Below, piece after piece: positions 35,551 to 45,500 of a stretch of 64,000 nt of DNA. A model generated the notes under the pieces. The model worked only from the letters and a program-made list of their open reading frames with translations, searched no databases and had not been told where the DNA came from. The first letter of the stretch is position 1, and each line of letters opens with the position of its first letter. Position numbers and translations under genes: made by a program. Source of the DNA: a virus (Duplodnaviria; Caudoviricetes); the IMG/VR virus record IMGVR_UViG_3300032677_000029, positions 148 through 64,147 of that record. One strand, written 5' to 3'.

Positions 35551-35865
35551 ATGCCATACACCAAAACCCCTAGACCCTACAAGCATGAGTATGATATGCA
35601 ACAGGCTCGTGATGAAGAACCAAGACGTGCTGAGCGCCAACGTGCTCGACGTGCAATAGATAAACGTGATACAGGGACAGTATTAAAAGAATCCCCTAAG
35701 CGTAAAGGCAAAGATGTTGCCCATATCAAAGCATTAGATAAGGGTGGTAGTAATAAGGATGGAGTAGTACTACAATCTGCGGCTAAGAACCGTAGCTTTA
35801 AAAGAGATTCAAAAGGTAATTTAGTTTCTGAAGTAAGCGCCAAAGAGCGCAAAAAGAAAAAATAG
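35551..35865 (+). CDS. HNH-like basic protein
   Basis: GKDVAH.KAL.KGGSN...NRS. Confidence 0.65.
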   Translation: MPYTKTPRPYKHEYDMQQARDEEPRRAERQRARRAIDKRDTGTVLKESPKRKGKDVAHIKALDKGGSNKDGVVLQSAAKNRSFKRDSKGNLVSEVSAKERKKKK

Positions 35866-36079
35866 TTTGTTAGACGTATGGTTGTAAAGTAAGGTACGAG
35901 TGCTAGCAACGGGTTAATTCATTATCCTACATAACCGTATCAGTTGGGGTCGTTAGTTAGATATTTTTCCCTTCATGGGGTATCTTCCCTCCTTGGCGAT
36001 GACCTAGCCGATTGACCCCCGTAAGGGGTTGCCTTAAATCAAAACAAGTGTTTTGGTCGTATTCCTATTGGAGAAGAAA

Positions 36080-36280
36080 ATGAAAAAGCAAGAATTTAAG
36101 GCTTTAATAACGCTGATGGGGGGAGAGTTTAAGATTGCTAAGTTTAAAGATGGTTATGCGTATCGTGTAGCTATTCAAGATAAGTTTGAAGAAGAGTACC
36201 AATACGAATCAAGAACCAAAGCGTATTTGGATGGTAAAAAAGCGTTTAAAAAATTGGTGGGATATGCAAATCATAGATAA
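36080..36280 (+). CDS. Hypothetical protein
   Basis: GGAG RBS, MKKQEF start. Confidence 0.55.
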   Translation: MKKQEFKALITLMGGEFKIAKFKDGYAYRVAIQDKFEEEYQYESRTKAYLDGKKAFKKLVGYANHR

Positions 36281-37814
36281 CAAGGCGTTGCTACTTAGAG
36301 TACGTGACCCAAACCGCATTACTACAGTGATACCAAAGAGTAAACTTTTAGATGATGGTCAGGTGCTAGTAAGGTGGGGGCTAGAAGAAGCCCAAGTATT
36401 AAAGAATCTTAAACTGCGGGATGTACCTTCCCCTATCAGGGCTAACTATGATTGGCCTGGGTTATATAGACCGTTTGACCACCAGCGTAAGACCTCTGAG
36501 TTCCTGACCCTGCACCGCCGAGCCTTTTGTTTTAACGAACAGGGCACAGGAAAGACAGGTTCAGTTATTTGGGCGGCAGACTATCTAATGACTTTGGGTG
36601 TTATCAAACGTGTTTTAGTACTATGCCCACTATCCATCATGCAGTCGGCTTGGCAAAACGATTTATTTAGATTTGCTATGCACAGAACAACAGCAATAGC
36701 CCACAGCTATTCGAGAGAAAAAAGAATCCAAGCTGTATGTAGTGATGCCGAGTTCGTTATATGTAACTATGATGGCTTAGGAATTATCCGAGATGCCGTA
36801 GAAGCTAATGACTTTGACCTCATTGTTGTAGACGAAGCCAACGCATACAAAACGGTATCTACAACACGTTGGAAAATACTAAACTCTCTTATCAAACCGC
36901 ACACTTGGATGTGGATGCTTACAGGCACACCAGCTTCACAATCCCCAACAGACGCATACGGATTAGCAAGGTTAATAAACCCACAAGGGGTTCCAAGATT
37001 CTATGGTTCTTTCCGAGACATGGTGATGTACAAACTAACTCAATTCAAATGGGTTCCAAAACCTAGTTCAGAAAAGACAGTGCATACAGTATTACAACCC
37101 GCAATACGTTTTACAAAAGAAGAGTGTCTAGACCTACCCGAAATGACTTATGTTACTAGGGATGTACCACTAACGATGCAACAGGAAAAGTACTACGAAA
37201 TCATTAGAAAGAATATGCTAGCTGTAGCCGCTGGTGAGGAAATAACGACAGTCAATGCCGCCGCAAACTTGAACAAATTACTCCAGCTTTCATGTGGCGC
37301 AGTCTATTCGGATAGTGGAGAAGTCGTAGAGTTTGATGCCTCTAATAGAATCAATGCCTTAAAAGAAGTGATTGACGAAGCTAGCCATAAGGTGTTAATA
37401 TTTGTTCCCTATCGCCACGCTATTGAGATTGTTACGGAAGAATTGAGAAAGTCAGGATACACTGCGGAAATTATAAATGGCTCAGTATCAGCCGGAAATC
37501 GCACAGACATTTTTGCTAGATTCCAAGGCGACACAAACCCCAAAGTATTAGTAATCCAACCACAAGCCGCCGCACACGGAGTAACCCTAACTGCCGCCAA
37601 TGTAGTGGTATGGTTTTCCCCTATTACTTCAGTAGAAACTTATCTACAAGCTAATGCACGAGTGCATAGGGCGGGGCAACGCAACCCATGTACGGTAGTT
37701 CACTTACAGGGGTCCCCTGTGGAAAAGAAGATGTACAAGATGTTGCAGGGAAAGGTAGACATTCACACTAAGATGATTGACCTATACAAAAATATAATTG
37801 AAGAAGACTCTTGA
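36264..37814 (+). CDS. SNF2-family (SF2) helicase
   Basis: EQGTGKT motif I, VVDEA motif II, LTGTP motif III, QANARVHRAGQ motif VI. Confidence 0.9.
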   Translation: MQIIDNKALLLRVRDPNRITTVIPKSKLLDDGQVLVRWGLEEAQVLKNLKLRDVPSPIRANYDWPGLYRPFDHQRKTSEFLTLHRRAFCFNEQGTGKTGSVIWAADYLMTLGVIKRVLVLCPLSIMQSAWQNDLFRFAMHRTTAIAHSYSREKRIQAVCSDAEFVICNYDGLGIIRDAVEANDFDLIVVDEANAYKTVSTTRWKILNSLIKPHTWMWMLTGTPASQSPTDAYGLARLINPQGVPRFYGSFRDMVMYKLTQFKWVPKPSSEKTVHTVLQPAIRFTKEECLDLPEMTYVTRDVPLTMQQEKYYEIIRKNMLAVAAGEEITTVNAAANLNKLLQLSCGAVYSDSGEVVEFDASNRINALKEVIDEASHKVLIFVPYRHAIEIVTEELRKSGYTAEIINGSVSAGNRTDIFARFQGDTNPKVLVIQPQAAAHGVTLTAANVVVWFSPITSVETYLQANARVHRAGQRNPCTVVHLQGSPVEKKMYKMLQGKVDIHTKMIDLYKNIIEEDS

Positions 37815-37839
37815 CAACTTTACAGAGTAAAGGTATAGT
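37811..37839 (+). promoter_or_regulatory. sigma70 promoter P5
   Basis: TTGACA-N17-TATAGT. Confidence 0.8.
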
Positions 37840-37865
37840 GGTAGTTATAAATAGAAGGAGAGTAT

Positions 37866-38252
37866 ATGAGTGAACATGAAGCAACGGCTGACAAGCTAGT
37901 TAAAGTATATGTAAAAATTCGTGACCAACGATATGCACTTGAGAAGCAAGCTAGAGAACTTGAAGAGCAAGAAGCTATCATTAAGAATGAATTACTAACT
38001 ATTTGTAAGGATGTAGGTACAGATGGTTTGCGTACACAGTTTGGTACGGTTACGAGAAAACTAAATAAGCGGTACTGGACAAGTGATTGGGAATCCCTTT
38101 ATACATTTATGAAGGAACACGATGCCATGCACTTTCTACACCAAAGAATTTCTAATGCTAATGTGGAAACATTTTTAGAAGAAAACCCCGATCTGCACCC
38201 GCCGGGGCTACAAGCGGATGCTGAATACACAGTTGTTGTACGTCGTAAATAA
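37866..38252 (+). CDS. Conserved replication-module protein
   Basis: LVKVYVKIRD...T..GT...SDW..LY.F...PPGL; AAGGAG RBS. Confidence 0.7.
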   Translation: MSEHEATADKLVKVYVKIRDQRYALEKQARELEEQEAIIKNELLTICKDVGTDGLRTQFGTVTRKLNKRYWTSDWESLYTFMKEHDAMHFLHQRISNANVETFLEENPDLHPPGLQADAEYTVVVRRK

Positions 38253-38265
38253 AATGGAGAAGATG

Positions 38266-39165
38266 ATGAGCAAAGAACTTGCTATGTTGGACATGAGTTT
38301 ACCAGCGCACTTACAGTCGTTGGAGTTGGATGATACTACTAAAGCCCTGATGGGTAGTGGTGGTAGTGGTAGTAAACGTATTTCTATCGAGGGCGGTGTA
38401 TGGCGCTTGTTAGTAAACGGCAAAGAGATTGCGCAGAAAGAAGAACGTAATCTTAATGTAGTTATTGTTGCGGCTTCCTCAAAAGTTGCTCGTACTTACT
38501 ATGCTGGTACATACAAAAAGGGCGTATCTGCACCTCCTGATTGCTGGTCTGCAAACGGCGACTATCCTGATAAATCTGTTGAAGCACCACAGGCTACAGG
38601 TTGCGCAAACTGCCCACAGAACATTAAAGGTTCGGGTCAAGGTGAAGGTCGTGCTTGCCGCTTTAGTCAACGTATTGCCGTAGTATTGGATAACGATGTT
38701 GGTGGAGATGTATTCCAATTAGTTCTTCCTTCTACTTCAATCTTTGGCGAAGGTGAAGCTGGTAAATGGCCTCTCCAAATGTATGCCAAGATGATTGGTG
38801 CTAAGGGTGTTCCTATTACTGCAGTTGTAACTGAGATGCGTTTTGATACTGCAAGTTCTACACCTAAGATTACTTTTAAGCCAGTACGTTTCTTAGAATC
38901 AAATGAGATTCAAACGGCTATTGACCAAGGTAAGAGCACTGAAGCTATCAAGGCAATTACTATGACAGTTTCTAAGGCTAAGGATGATGCACCAGCATTG
39001 GAAGCACCGAAAGCCAAAGCCAAATCTGCTGATCCCGAAGAAGTACTTAAGGTTGAAAAAGAAGCTGAAGCTTTAGAGCCGACCAAGCGTACTGCCAAGA
39101 AAGAAGAGCCTACCCCTAAGAAGGATTTAGCTAAAGTTCTTTCTGATTGGGATGATGAGGAGTAA
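38266..39165 (+). CDS. Putative single-stranded DNA-binding / annealing protein
   Basis: Cys motif (CWS...CANC...AC) and acidic C-terminal tail DWDDEE; located in the replication module. Confidence 0.6.
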   Translation: MSKELAMLDMSLPAHLQSLELDDTTKALMGSGGSGSKRISIEGGVWRLLVNGKEIAQKEERNLNVVIVAASSKVARTYYAGTYKKGVSAPPDCWSANGDYPDKSVEAPQATGCANCPQNIKGSGQGEGRACRFSQRIAVVLDNDVGGDVFQLVLPSTSIFGEGEAGKWPLQMYAKMIGAKGVPITAVVTEMRFDTASSTPKITFKPVRFLESNEIQTAIDQGKSTEAIKAITMTVSKAKDDAPALEAPKAKAKSADPEEVLKVEKEAEALEPTKRTAKKEEPTPKKDLAKVLSDWDDEE

Positions 39166-39168
39166 TCA

Positions 39169-39399
39169 ATGTCGACAGGATATGCGAGTGGCTTTATAAA
39201 TGAGGTAAAAGCTTCGGACAAATCCAAGATCGGGGTACAGCTAGGAAAAGTGTGCATCAAACGGGACATACCTGTAACTGATATAGCGCAATTCTTTGAG
39301 GTATCCCGAGTAACGGTTTACTCTTGGTTTCGTGGAAAAAGTAATGTTCCTGATAGGCATCAGGAAAAGATGCAAAAACTTATTGATAAATTAGATTAG
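39169..39399 (+). CDS. Cro/XRE-like HTH protein
   Basis: VTDIAQFFEVSRVTVYSWFRG. Confidence 0.75.
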   Translation: MSTGYASGFINEVKASDKSKIGVQLGKVCIKRDIPVTDIAQFFEVSRVTVYSWFRGKSNVPDRHQEKMQKLIDKLD

Positions 39400-39405
39400 T
39401 TGTGT

Positions 39406-39486
39406 GGAGGGCTAGGTTAGCTACCGAAAAGGATATACCGCCGTCATATCCCTGCCCATCCTTTTTACTGACGGCTAAAGGCGGCT
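39406..39486 (+). promoter_or_regulatory. Structured leader (hairpin/pseudoknot) of the primase-helicase gene
   Basis: GGAGGGC/GCCCATCC outer stem followed by T5; GGATAT/ATATCC inner stem whose loop GCCGTC matches the downstream GACGGC. Confidence 0.5.
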
Positions 39487-42348
39487 ATGTTAGATATAAA
39501 TAATTTTCTATCCACAGTGCTCCCCAATACTGGGTCGTATTGTGTGGTGGGATTAAAAGAAGATGGAAGCCCAAGACAAAAGTTTGTGGGAAGTATTGAG
39601 GAAGTAAATGTATTAGCACAGAAATTAGTTGACGAACAATATAACGCTTATTTTGCTTTAGCTTCATTTACCGATCCTAAAGAAGGCAGAACTGCGAAGA
39701 ACGCACAGTCTTTAAAGTCTTTCTTTGTTGACATTGATTGTGGTGTGGGTAAACCCTATGCTGACCAAGCAGAAGGTATGACTGCGCTTAAAACATTTAT
39801 TAAAGCCACAAAGCTACCTAAACCTACAGTAGTTAATTCAGGTCGTGGGATACACGTATACTGGGTATTAGAAGCGGCTTTGCCAAGCACGGAATGGAAA
39901 CCCTTAGCAGAGAAATTCAAAGCCCTATGTGCTCAGCATAAGTTTGAGGCTGACCCTTCTGTCACTGCGGACTCTGCACGCATACTACGAATTCCGGGGA
40001 CTTTTAACTACAAAGACGTTGAGAATCCAGCTAAAGTTGAAATGGTACTTTCAGCTCCTCAGGTGAGTATCTCTATCCTACAAGATGTTTTTAATACCGT
40101 CGAGCAAGACATCTTTGCTGGTATGGCTGGTCAGCCGTTTATTCCTCGTCAGATGGATGCCATGACCCTAGCATTAATGGGCAACAATATCTCTCGTTTT
40201 AAGACCATCATGGTTAAAAGCGCCCAAGGAGAAGGTTGTCCACAATTACTACATATTTATGAGAATCAGGCGACAATAGATGAGCCGCTTTGGAGGGGAG
40301 GACTAAGTATTGCCCAACAATGTGTGGATAGGGATAAAGCCATTCATACGCTCTCTAATAAACACCCTGATTATTCTGCGTCTGCTACTGAACGTAAGGC
40401 TAATGAGACTAAAGGTCCTTATACCTGTGCGACATTTAAGAAGTTAAATCCAACACCTTGCCAAGGTTGTCCACATAACATTACTTCTCCTATTCAATTA
40501 GGTAAAGAGTTTAACGAGGCTAAAGAAGAAGACAATACAGTTGAGGTTGCCGCCGAGGAAGAAGGCGAAGAAGCTACGATTTATAAGATTCCTAAGTTTC
40601 CATTCCCATATACAAGGGGTGCGGCTGGTGGTATCTATACCAAAATTAAAGATGAAGAAAGCGGTTTAGAAGAAGTACAAATGATTTACCCTTATGACTT
40701 CTATGCAGTTAAGCGAATGAATGACCCTGATAGAGGGGAAAGCGTTTTACTACGTTTGCATTTACCAAAGGATGGGGTTAAAGAATTTATCATGCCGTTG
40801 ACTGATGTACTAGCAACGGATAGATTTAGAGACACTATTGCCAAACATGGTGTAGCAGTTATGGCAACTAAACAGAAGATACTTATGGCATATATAACAA
40901 GATGGGTAGAAGAATTGCAATCTACAACAGAAGCAGAACTAGCACGTAAACAGTTTGGCTGGCTACCTGACGATTCGGGATTCATTCTTGGAGACAAAGA
41001 AATTACGGCAGATGTAGTTAAGTACAGCCCACCAACAGCTTCAACTATTGAGCTTGTACCGATGTTTAGAGAGAAGGGTGACTTCCACGTTTGGAAAGAC
41101 GTCATCAATGCGTATGCTAGAGAGCATATGGAAGCCAAGGCTTTTGCGTTCTTTATGGGTTTTGGCAACACGCTACTTAAGTTCACCAACTTAAAAGGCT
41201 ATTTACTCAGTCTTAAATCACAAGGCTCAGGCTCAGGAAAGACTACAGTACTGCACACGATTGGTAGTATTTATGGACACCCCGAAGATAGCTTTATGCG
41301 GGTTAAGGATACATATAATCAAAAGCTACAACGCATCGGTACATTTCAAAACATCCCCATCTTATTTGATGAGATGACAAACATGGATCCACAACAGAAG
41401 TCTAACTTGGCTTACGATATTACTGAGGGTCGTGCTAAGAACCGTATGCAGTCACAGAACAATGCAGAACGCCTAAACCATACCAAGTGGGCAACGGGGC
41501 TAATCACTACATCGAATAGGTCTTTGCGGGATGACTTGCTTTCTATTAAGGCTTTTCCCGAAGGCGAACTAATGCGTATGATGGAGTTGCATATCTTTAA
41601 TGACGCTAACGATGATCCATTATGGGCAAGGCAACACTTTGGAAGATTACATACTAACTACGGACACGCTATATTTCCATTCATGCAGTATGTGGTTGGG
41701 CATCTGCCGGAAGTTATTAAGTTCCTAAACGACATTCAAATTAAGATTGAGGCTGCGGCGGGGATTACTTCACAAGAACGCTACTGGTCAGCTATGGCGG
41801 CAATCTCCATTACTGGTGGAATTATTGCTAAGAACCTAGGCTTACATGATATTGACCACAAACCTGTAATGGCTTATATCGTCAAGCATATTAAAGAGTC
41901 TAGGGCGCAGAACAAGCAGATGGTATCTGAGAATAGCGACTTCTTAAGCGGCTTTATCCAACGCAAGTTCCATGAGGTGCTAGTTATTAACGGCAAGAAA
42001 GACCACAAAACGGGCTTGGAGACTGGTCCGATTAGAGAACCAAGGGGTGCATTGACTGCACGCTACGAGCCTGATACAAAGCTTCTGTATGTGGTTGCTA
42101 AGGAATACCGCGCTGAGTGCAATAAATCTCAGCTAAACTTTGATGAATCCTTATCTATGCACAAGAAGAGTGGGGCTTACTTGGGTCAAAAACGCAAGCG
42201 TATGACCTCGGGAACTATAGTAGATACTAACTTGAACGCACCAGCCCTAGTATTTGATGCGACTAAACTGGAGTTCTTTAGGGAAGAAGCATTATTAAAT
42301 GTTAAAGATTCTGAAGCAGATAGTTTTGATTCCGTGGAAACGGTTTGA
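39487..42348 (+). CDS. Primase-helicase (AEP/RepB-like primase, Cys-rich domain, DUF927-type helicase)
   Basis: FFVDID and SGRGIHVYW primase motifs; YTC...CQGC; GSGSGKTT Walker A; LFDE Walker B. Confidence 0.85.
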   Translation: MLDINNFLSTVLPNTGSYCVVGLKEDGSPRQKFVGSIEEVNVLAQKLVDEQYNAYFALASFTDPKEGRTAKNAQSLKSFFVDIDCGVGKPYADQAEGMTALKTFIKATKLPKPTVVNSGRGIHVYWVLEAALPSTEWKPLAEKFKALCAQHKFEADPSVTADSARILRIPGTFNYKDVENPAKVEMVLSAPQVSISILQDVFNTVEQDIFAGMAGQPFIPRQMDAMTLALMGNNISRFKTIMVKSAQGEGCPQLLHIYENQATIDEPLWRGGLSIAQQCVDRDKAIHTLSNKHPDYSASATERKANETKGPYTCATFKKLNPTPCQGCPHNITSPIQLGKEFNEAKEEDNTVEVAAEEEGEEATIYKIPKFPFPYTRGAAGGIYTKIKDEESGLEEVQMIYPYDFYAVKRMNDPDRGESVLLRLHLPKDGVKEFIMPLTDVLATDRFRDTIAKHGVAVMATKQKILMAYITRWVEELQSTTEAELARKQFGWLPDDSGFILGDKEITADVVKYSPPTASTIELVPMFREKGDFHVWKDVINAYAREHMEAKAFAFFMGFGNTLLKFTNLKGYLLSLKSQGSGSGKTTVLHTIGSIYGHPEDSFMRVKDTYNQKLQRIGTFQNIPILFDEMTNMDPQQKSNLAYDITEGRAKNRMQSQNNAERLNHTKWATGLITTSNRSLRDDLLSIKAFPEGELMRMMELHIFNDANDDPLWARQHFGRLHTNYGHAIFPFMQYVVGHLPEVIKFLNDIQIKIEAAAGITSQERYWSAMAAISITGGIIAKNLGLHDIDHKPVMAYIVKHIKESRAQNKQMVSENSDFLSGFIQRKFHEVLVINGKKDHKTGLETGPIREPRGALTARYEPDTKLLYVVAKEYRAECNKSQLNFDESLSMHKKSGAYLGQKRKRMTSGTIVDTNLNAPALVFDATKLEFFREEALLNVKDSEADSFDSVETV

Positions 42349-42499
42349 ACCTGAGCAGTCTATTTTTGTACCTTGCCTAGACCGTAGGGCGCACTCTCAG
42401 GACATACTGGAGGAAGCTGAGCGGCTAGGAATTGAGGTAATTTGCAAACAAGTTGTAGAAAATGGAAAATTTGGCTTGCGAATCTGGAGAGTTAAGTGA
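42299..42499 (+). CDS. Hypothetical protein
   Basis: IPW..F....SIFVPCL...GLRIWR. Confidence 0.6.
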   Translation: MLKILKQIVLIPWKRFEPEQSIFVPCLDRRAHSQDILEEAERLGIEVICKQVVENGKFGLRIWRVK

Positions 42500-42542
42500 T
42501 ATAGTTATCACACTCTTCTCCTCGACCCCATATTGAGGACTT

Positions 42543-42568
42543 AACCCCGCTTCGGCGGGGTTTTTTTT
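42543..42568 (+). terminator. Terminator at the convergence of early/replication and late transcription
   Basis: AACCCCGC-TTCG-GCGGGGTT followed by a T run. Confidence 0.9.
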
Positions 42569-45500
42569 AGTAGCCAGCTATCTGTCTTAGCTTATGAACA
42601 TTACTAAGAAGTCTTTTCTCTGTTTCCCTAATACGTTTAATCTCGTCGCCCTTTTGTTCGGCGCTCATTCTAGTCTCAGGTGCGGCATAGATTTGTTTTT
42701 CGTGCTCCCGTAGCTTAGTTAATTGATTATTAATGTTATTTACTTGAGTTTTTACTTTTATTAAGTCCATGTTTTCAGCTAGGAATTCCTTAGCATCTTC
42801 ATAGCGCCCATCTTTTTTCATAGCATTAAACGTATTGTTAGCTTTAGCTACTTCATCACGAAGCTCATAGTAATCATTCTTATCTGCATTACCATATTCT
42901 TTTGCAACAAAAGCACTTAGCCCGGGTGTAGAAGCGATTGCATCTTGCCAGCTTTTCTCAGGGGTAGGTATACCGTTTGACCCATTAACTATAGCATTAG
43001 TCATTTGCAAACCTAAGCCGCCAGTAGTACCCAAATAGCCTTTAATTAAATGATCTACATTCACAGGCGCAATCAATCCCGAACTACCAATAAATTTAGC
43101 TAACTCAGAAGTTGTTGCAGTATATTGTTCTTCTGTTACCTTACCAGCGATACCTTGACCAATAATAGAACGACCAGTAAAGAAGTCATGGTTTGTTGCT
43201 ACTTCTAAGATAGGTTTAAATGCTTGTGGTACAGCCGTAGGACTCATTACCATATTAGATAAAGAGTTGCTCATAGCACGGCGAATCTTCTTACCATCAG
43301 TAAATGAATTATCAGTCATACCTAAGTAGGTGTATTCAGCAACAAGTTTAGGTAATAGAGTTAAGTCCTGACGCAAAGGTAACATAAAGGCAGTACCCGG
43401 AATCAATAGGTGGTGGTCACGAATCTGTGGGTCCATTTTCTGATACTCATCATCATCTGCACTTAAAGCGGCATACATAAATGCCAAGGCGCCAATCTTC
43501 AATGTATTACTAGCCAACGTTTTTAATGCTTCTGCTCTTTGTTGCGGTGCAATACCTTTACCCGACAAGGTTTTATATATTACGTTTTGTGCTTGTAAGT
43601 ATGCGCCAAAGAACGGTACGACCTGACGAAGCATTTGAATTTTACCTGAAGCCCCAGCCCGTTTAAAGTTAATAATTTCAAACGCACGCTCAACAGCCGT
43701 AGCCTTGTCGCCATTAGTCTCTTTCATGGTCATGTTGTAAATAGCCTGACGTACTGCGTTATCAGAAGCCATAGCAAAGTTTTCAAGGGCACGTTTAAAT
43801 GCACCAGACTTAGTATCTTTCTTTAGACCAGCAAGAATCTCTGCACTATCACGAACAAAGGTAGCTGAGTAATCACGGACTCCAGTAGCGCCATATTTAG
43901 ATAATTCTGTAGCCGCCGCACTTCTTCCCATTAGGGTTTTAGTAAACTCTTTAGCAACTTCTAATGGCAACAGCCAAGGGTGCTTTAAACCCGAAGTAAG
44001 CATAGCGCCAAACGAATCTTGGGAAAGCTGACTAATAGAGAACAACGGCATTAATACAATGTTCTTACGCAGAATATTAGCAACGGAAGACATGATACCA
44101 AAATGAGGGATAGCCGCAGATTCAATACCGTTAAATGCGTGTACAAACAATGGGTCTTTAAACTCTACTTTATGTTTAATACCATCTTCCCATATATCAA
44201 TAGTATTTTGTTCACGTTTAACACGTTCATCTTGACGTAAATCTCTAACCTCATCAGGAAATAATGCTTGTGCTGTATTTTTTAGGTTTAACGCAGTACG
44301 GTTCTTGACTGCACGGGAGATAGTATAACTAGTCCAACGTTCCATATTATCAAAGATATTAGCAACTTCTTGCTCACTACCCTCAATCTTATAGTTCTTA
44401 GCAAAGTCAATTAAACCACGACCATACTCTTTAGGACCTGCGTTCTGAGCTAACTGTTCTTCACGGTAAAAAGGTACGTAGTCCATATAATCTAGTAACT
44501 CTTTAGCTTGCGCCTCATTATATAGACCACTTTTAACGGCTACACTCATGGCGTTTTCACGAACTTTATTCCAAGTCTTTTGTACGTCACGCAACTCAGG
44601 AATCATTTTAAAGAAATCAATACCAGCTTCAATTTGTGCCGGTGTCATGTGGCTATATACTTCACGGTTAGATTGGGATAGACCTTTTAAACGCTCTGCA
44701 ACAAATGCTTGCTGTGCATAGTTAGTCATTTCATCAACCGATAACCCATTCTTTTTAGCGATATCTGCTAATTGGTGAACCATATCAGACCAACTATTGC
44801 CTTTATCTGTTTCTGCTTTCCACTTATAGGTAGATGGGTCGTATTCTAAACCGCCATGTTGCAAAAACTGCATGGCAACTGCATCTGCATGGGTAGCTTG
44901 AGCCGTACTATTTTCAAACATTAACTGCTTAATAGTTTCCCAAGACTTACCACCCCTCTCTAACTCTTTACGAATTGCATTATTTATGGCAGCATCAGCC
45001 GAGAAGAACATTGTTTCTGCAGTATTTAGGAAACGATTTACACCTTCTTTAAAGGACTTACTATCTTTAACTGTGTCCTTGATAGTTTGAAAAGGTCCTG
45101 TTTGCTCGGTAGGTTTGGCACGTTGCTCCGCACCAGTAGCCTTGTAGTTAGCGTTAAGAGCGGACTTATCAATCTTTGCTAGTGGTATTGTTTCTTTACC
45201 TGTTACTACATCTTCTTGAACCTTACGACCCATAGCAATAGACTGGTCAGCCGCCATCAACCCTCTAGCTAGAACGCTAAGTTTTTGTGTTGGGGATAAC
45301 CCTAAAGCATTTAATACTGAACGAATGAACGCAGTAAACAAGCTCTGATGTTCTACACGATAAGGAATCTGTGCAAGTTCTTCTTGGAAGTCACGGTTAG
45401 ACATGAGTTCAGATGCAAACTCAGTAAGGCTTGCCATACCATAGCGATCAGAAAGCATAGGATGTTTTTCTTTAACAAACTCGTATAACGCTTTAAGGTC

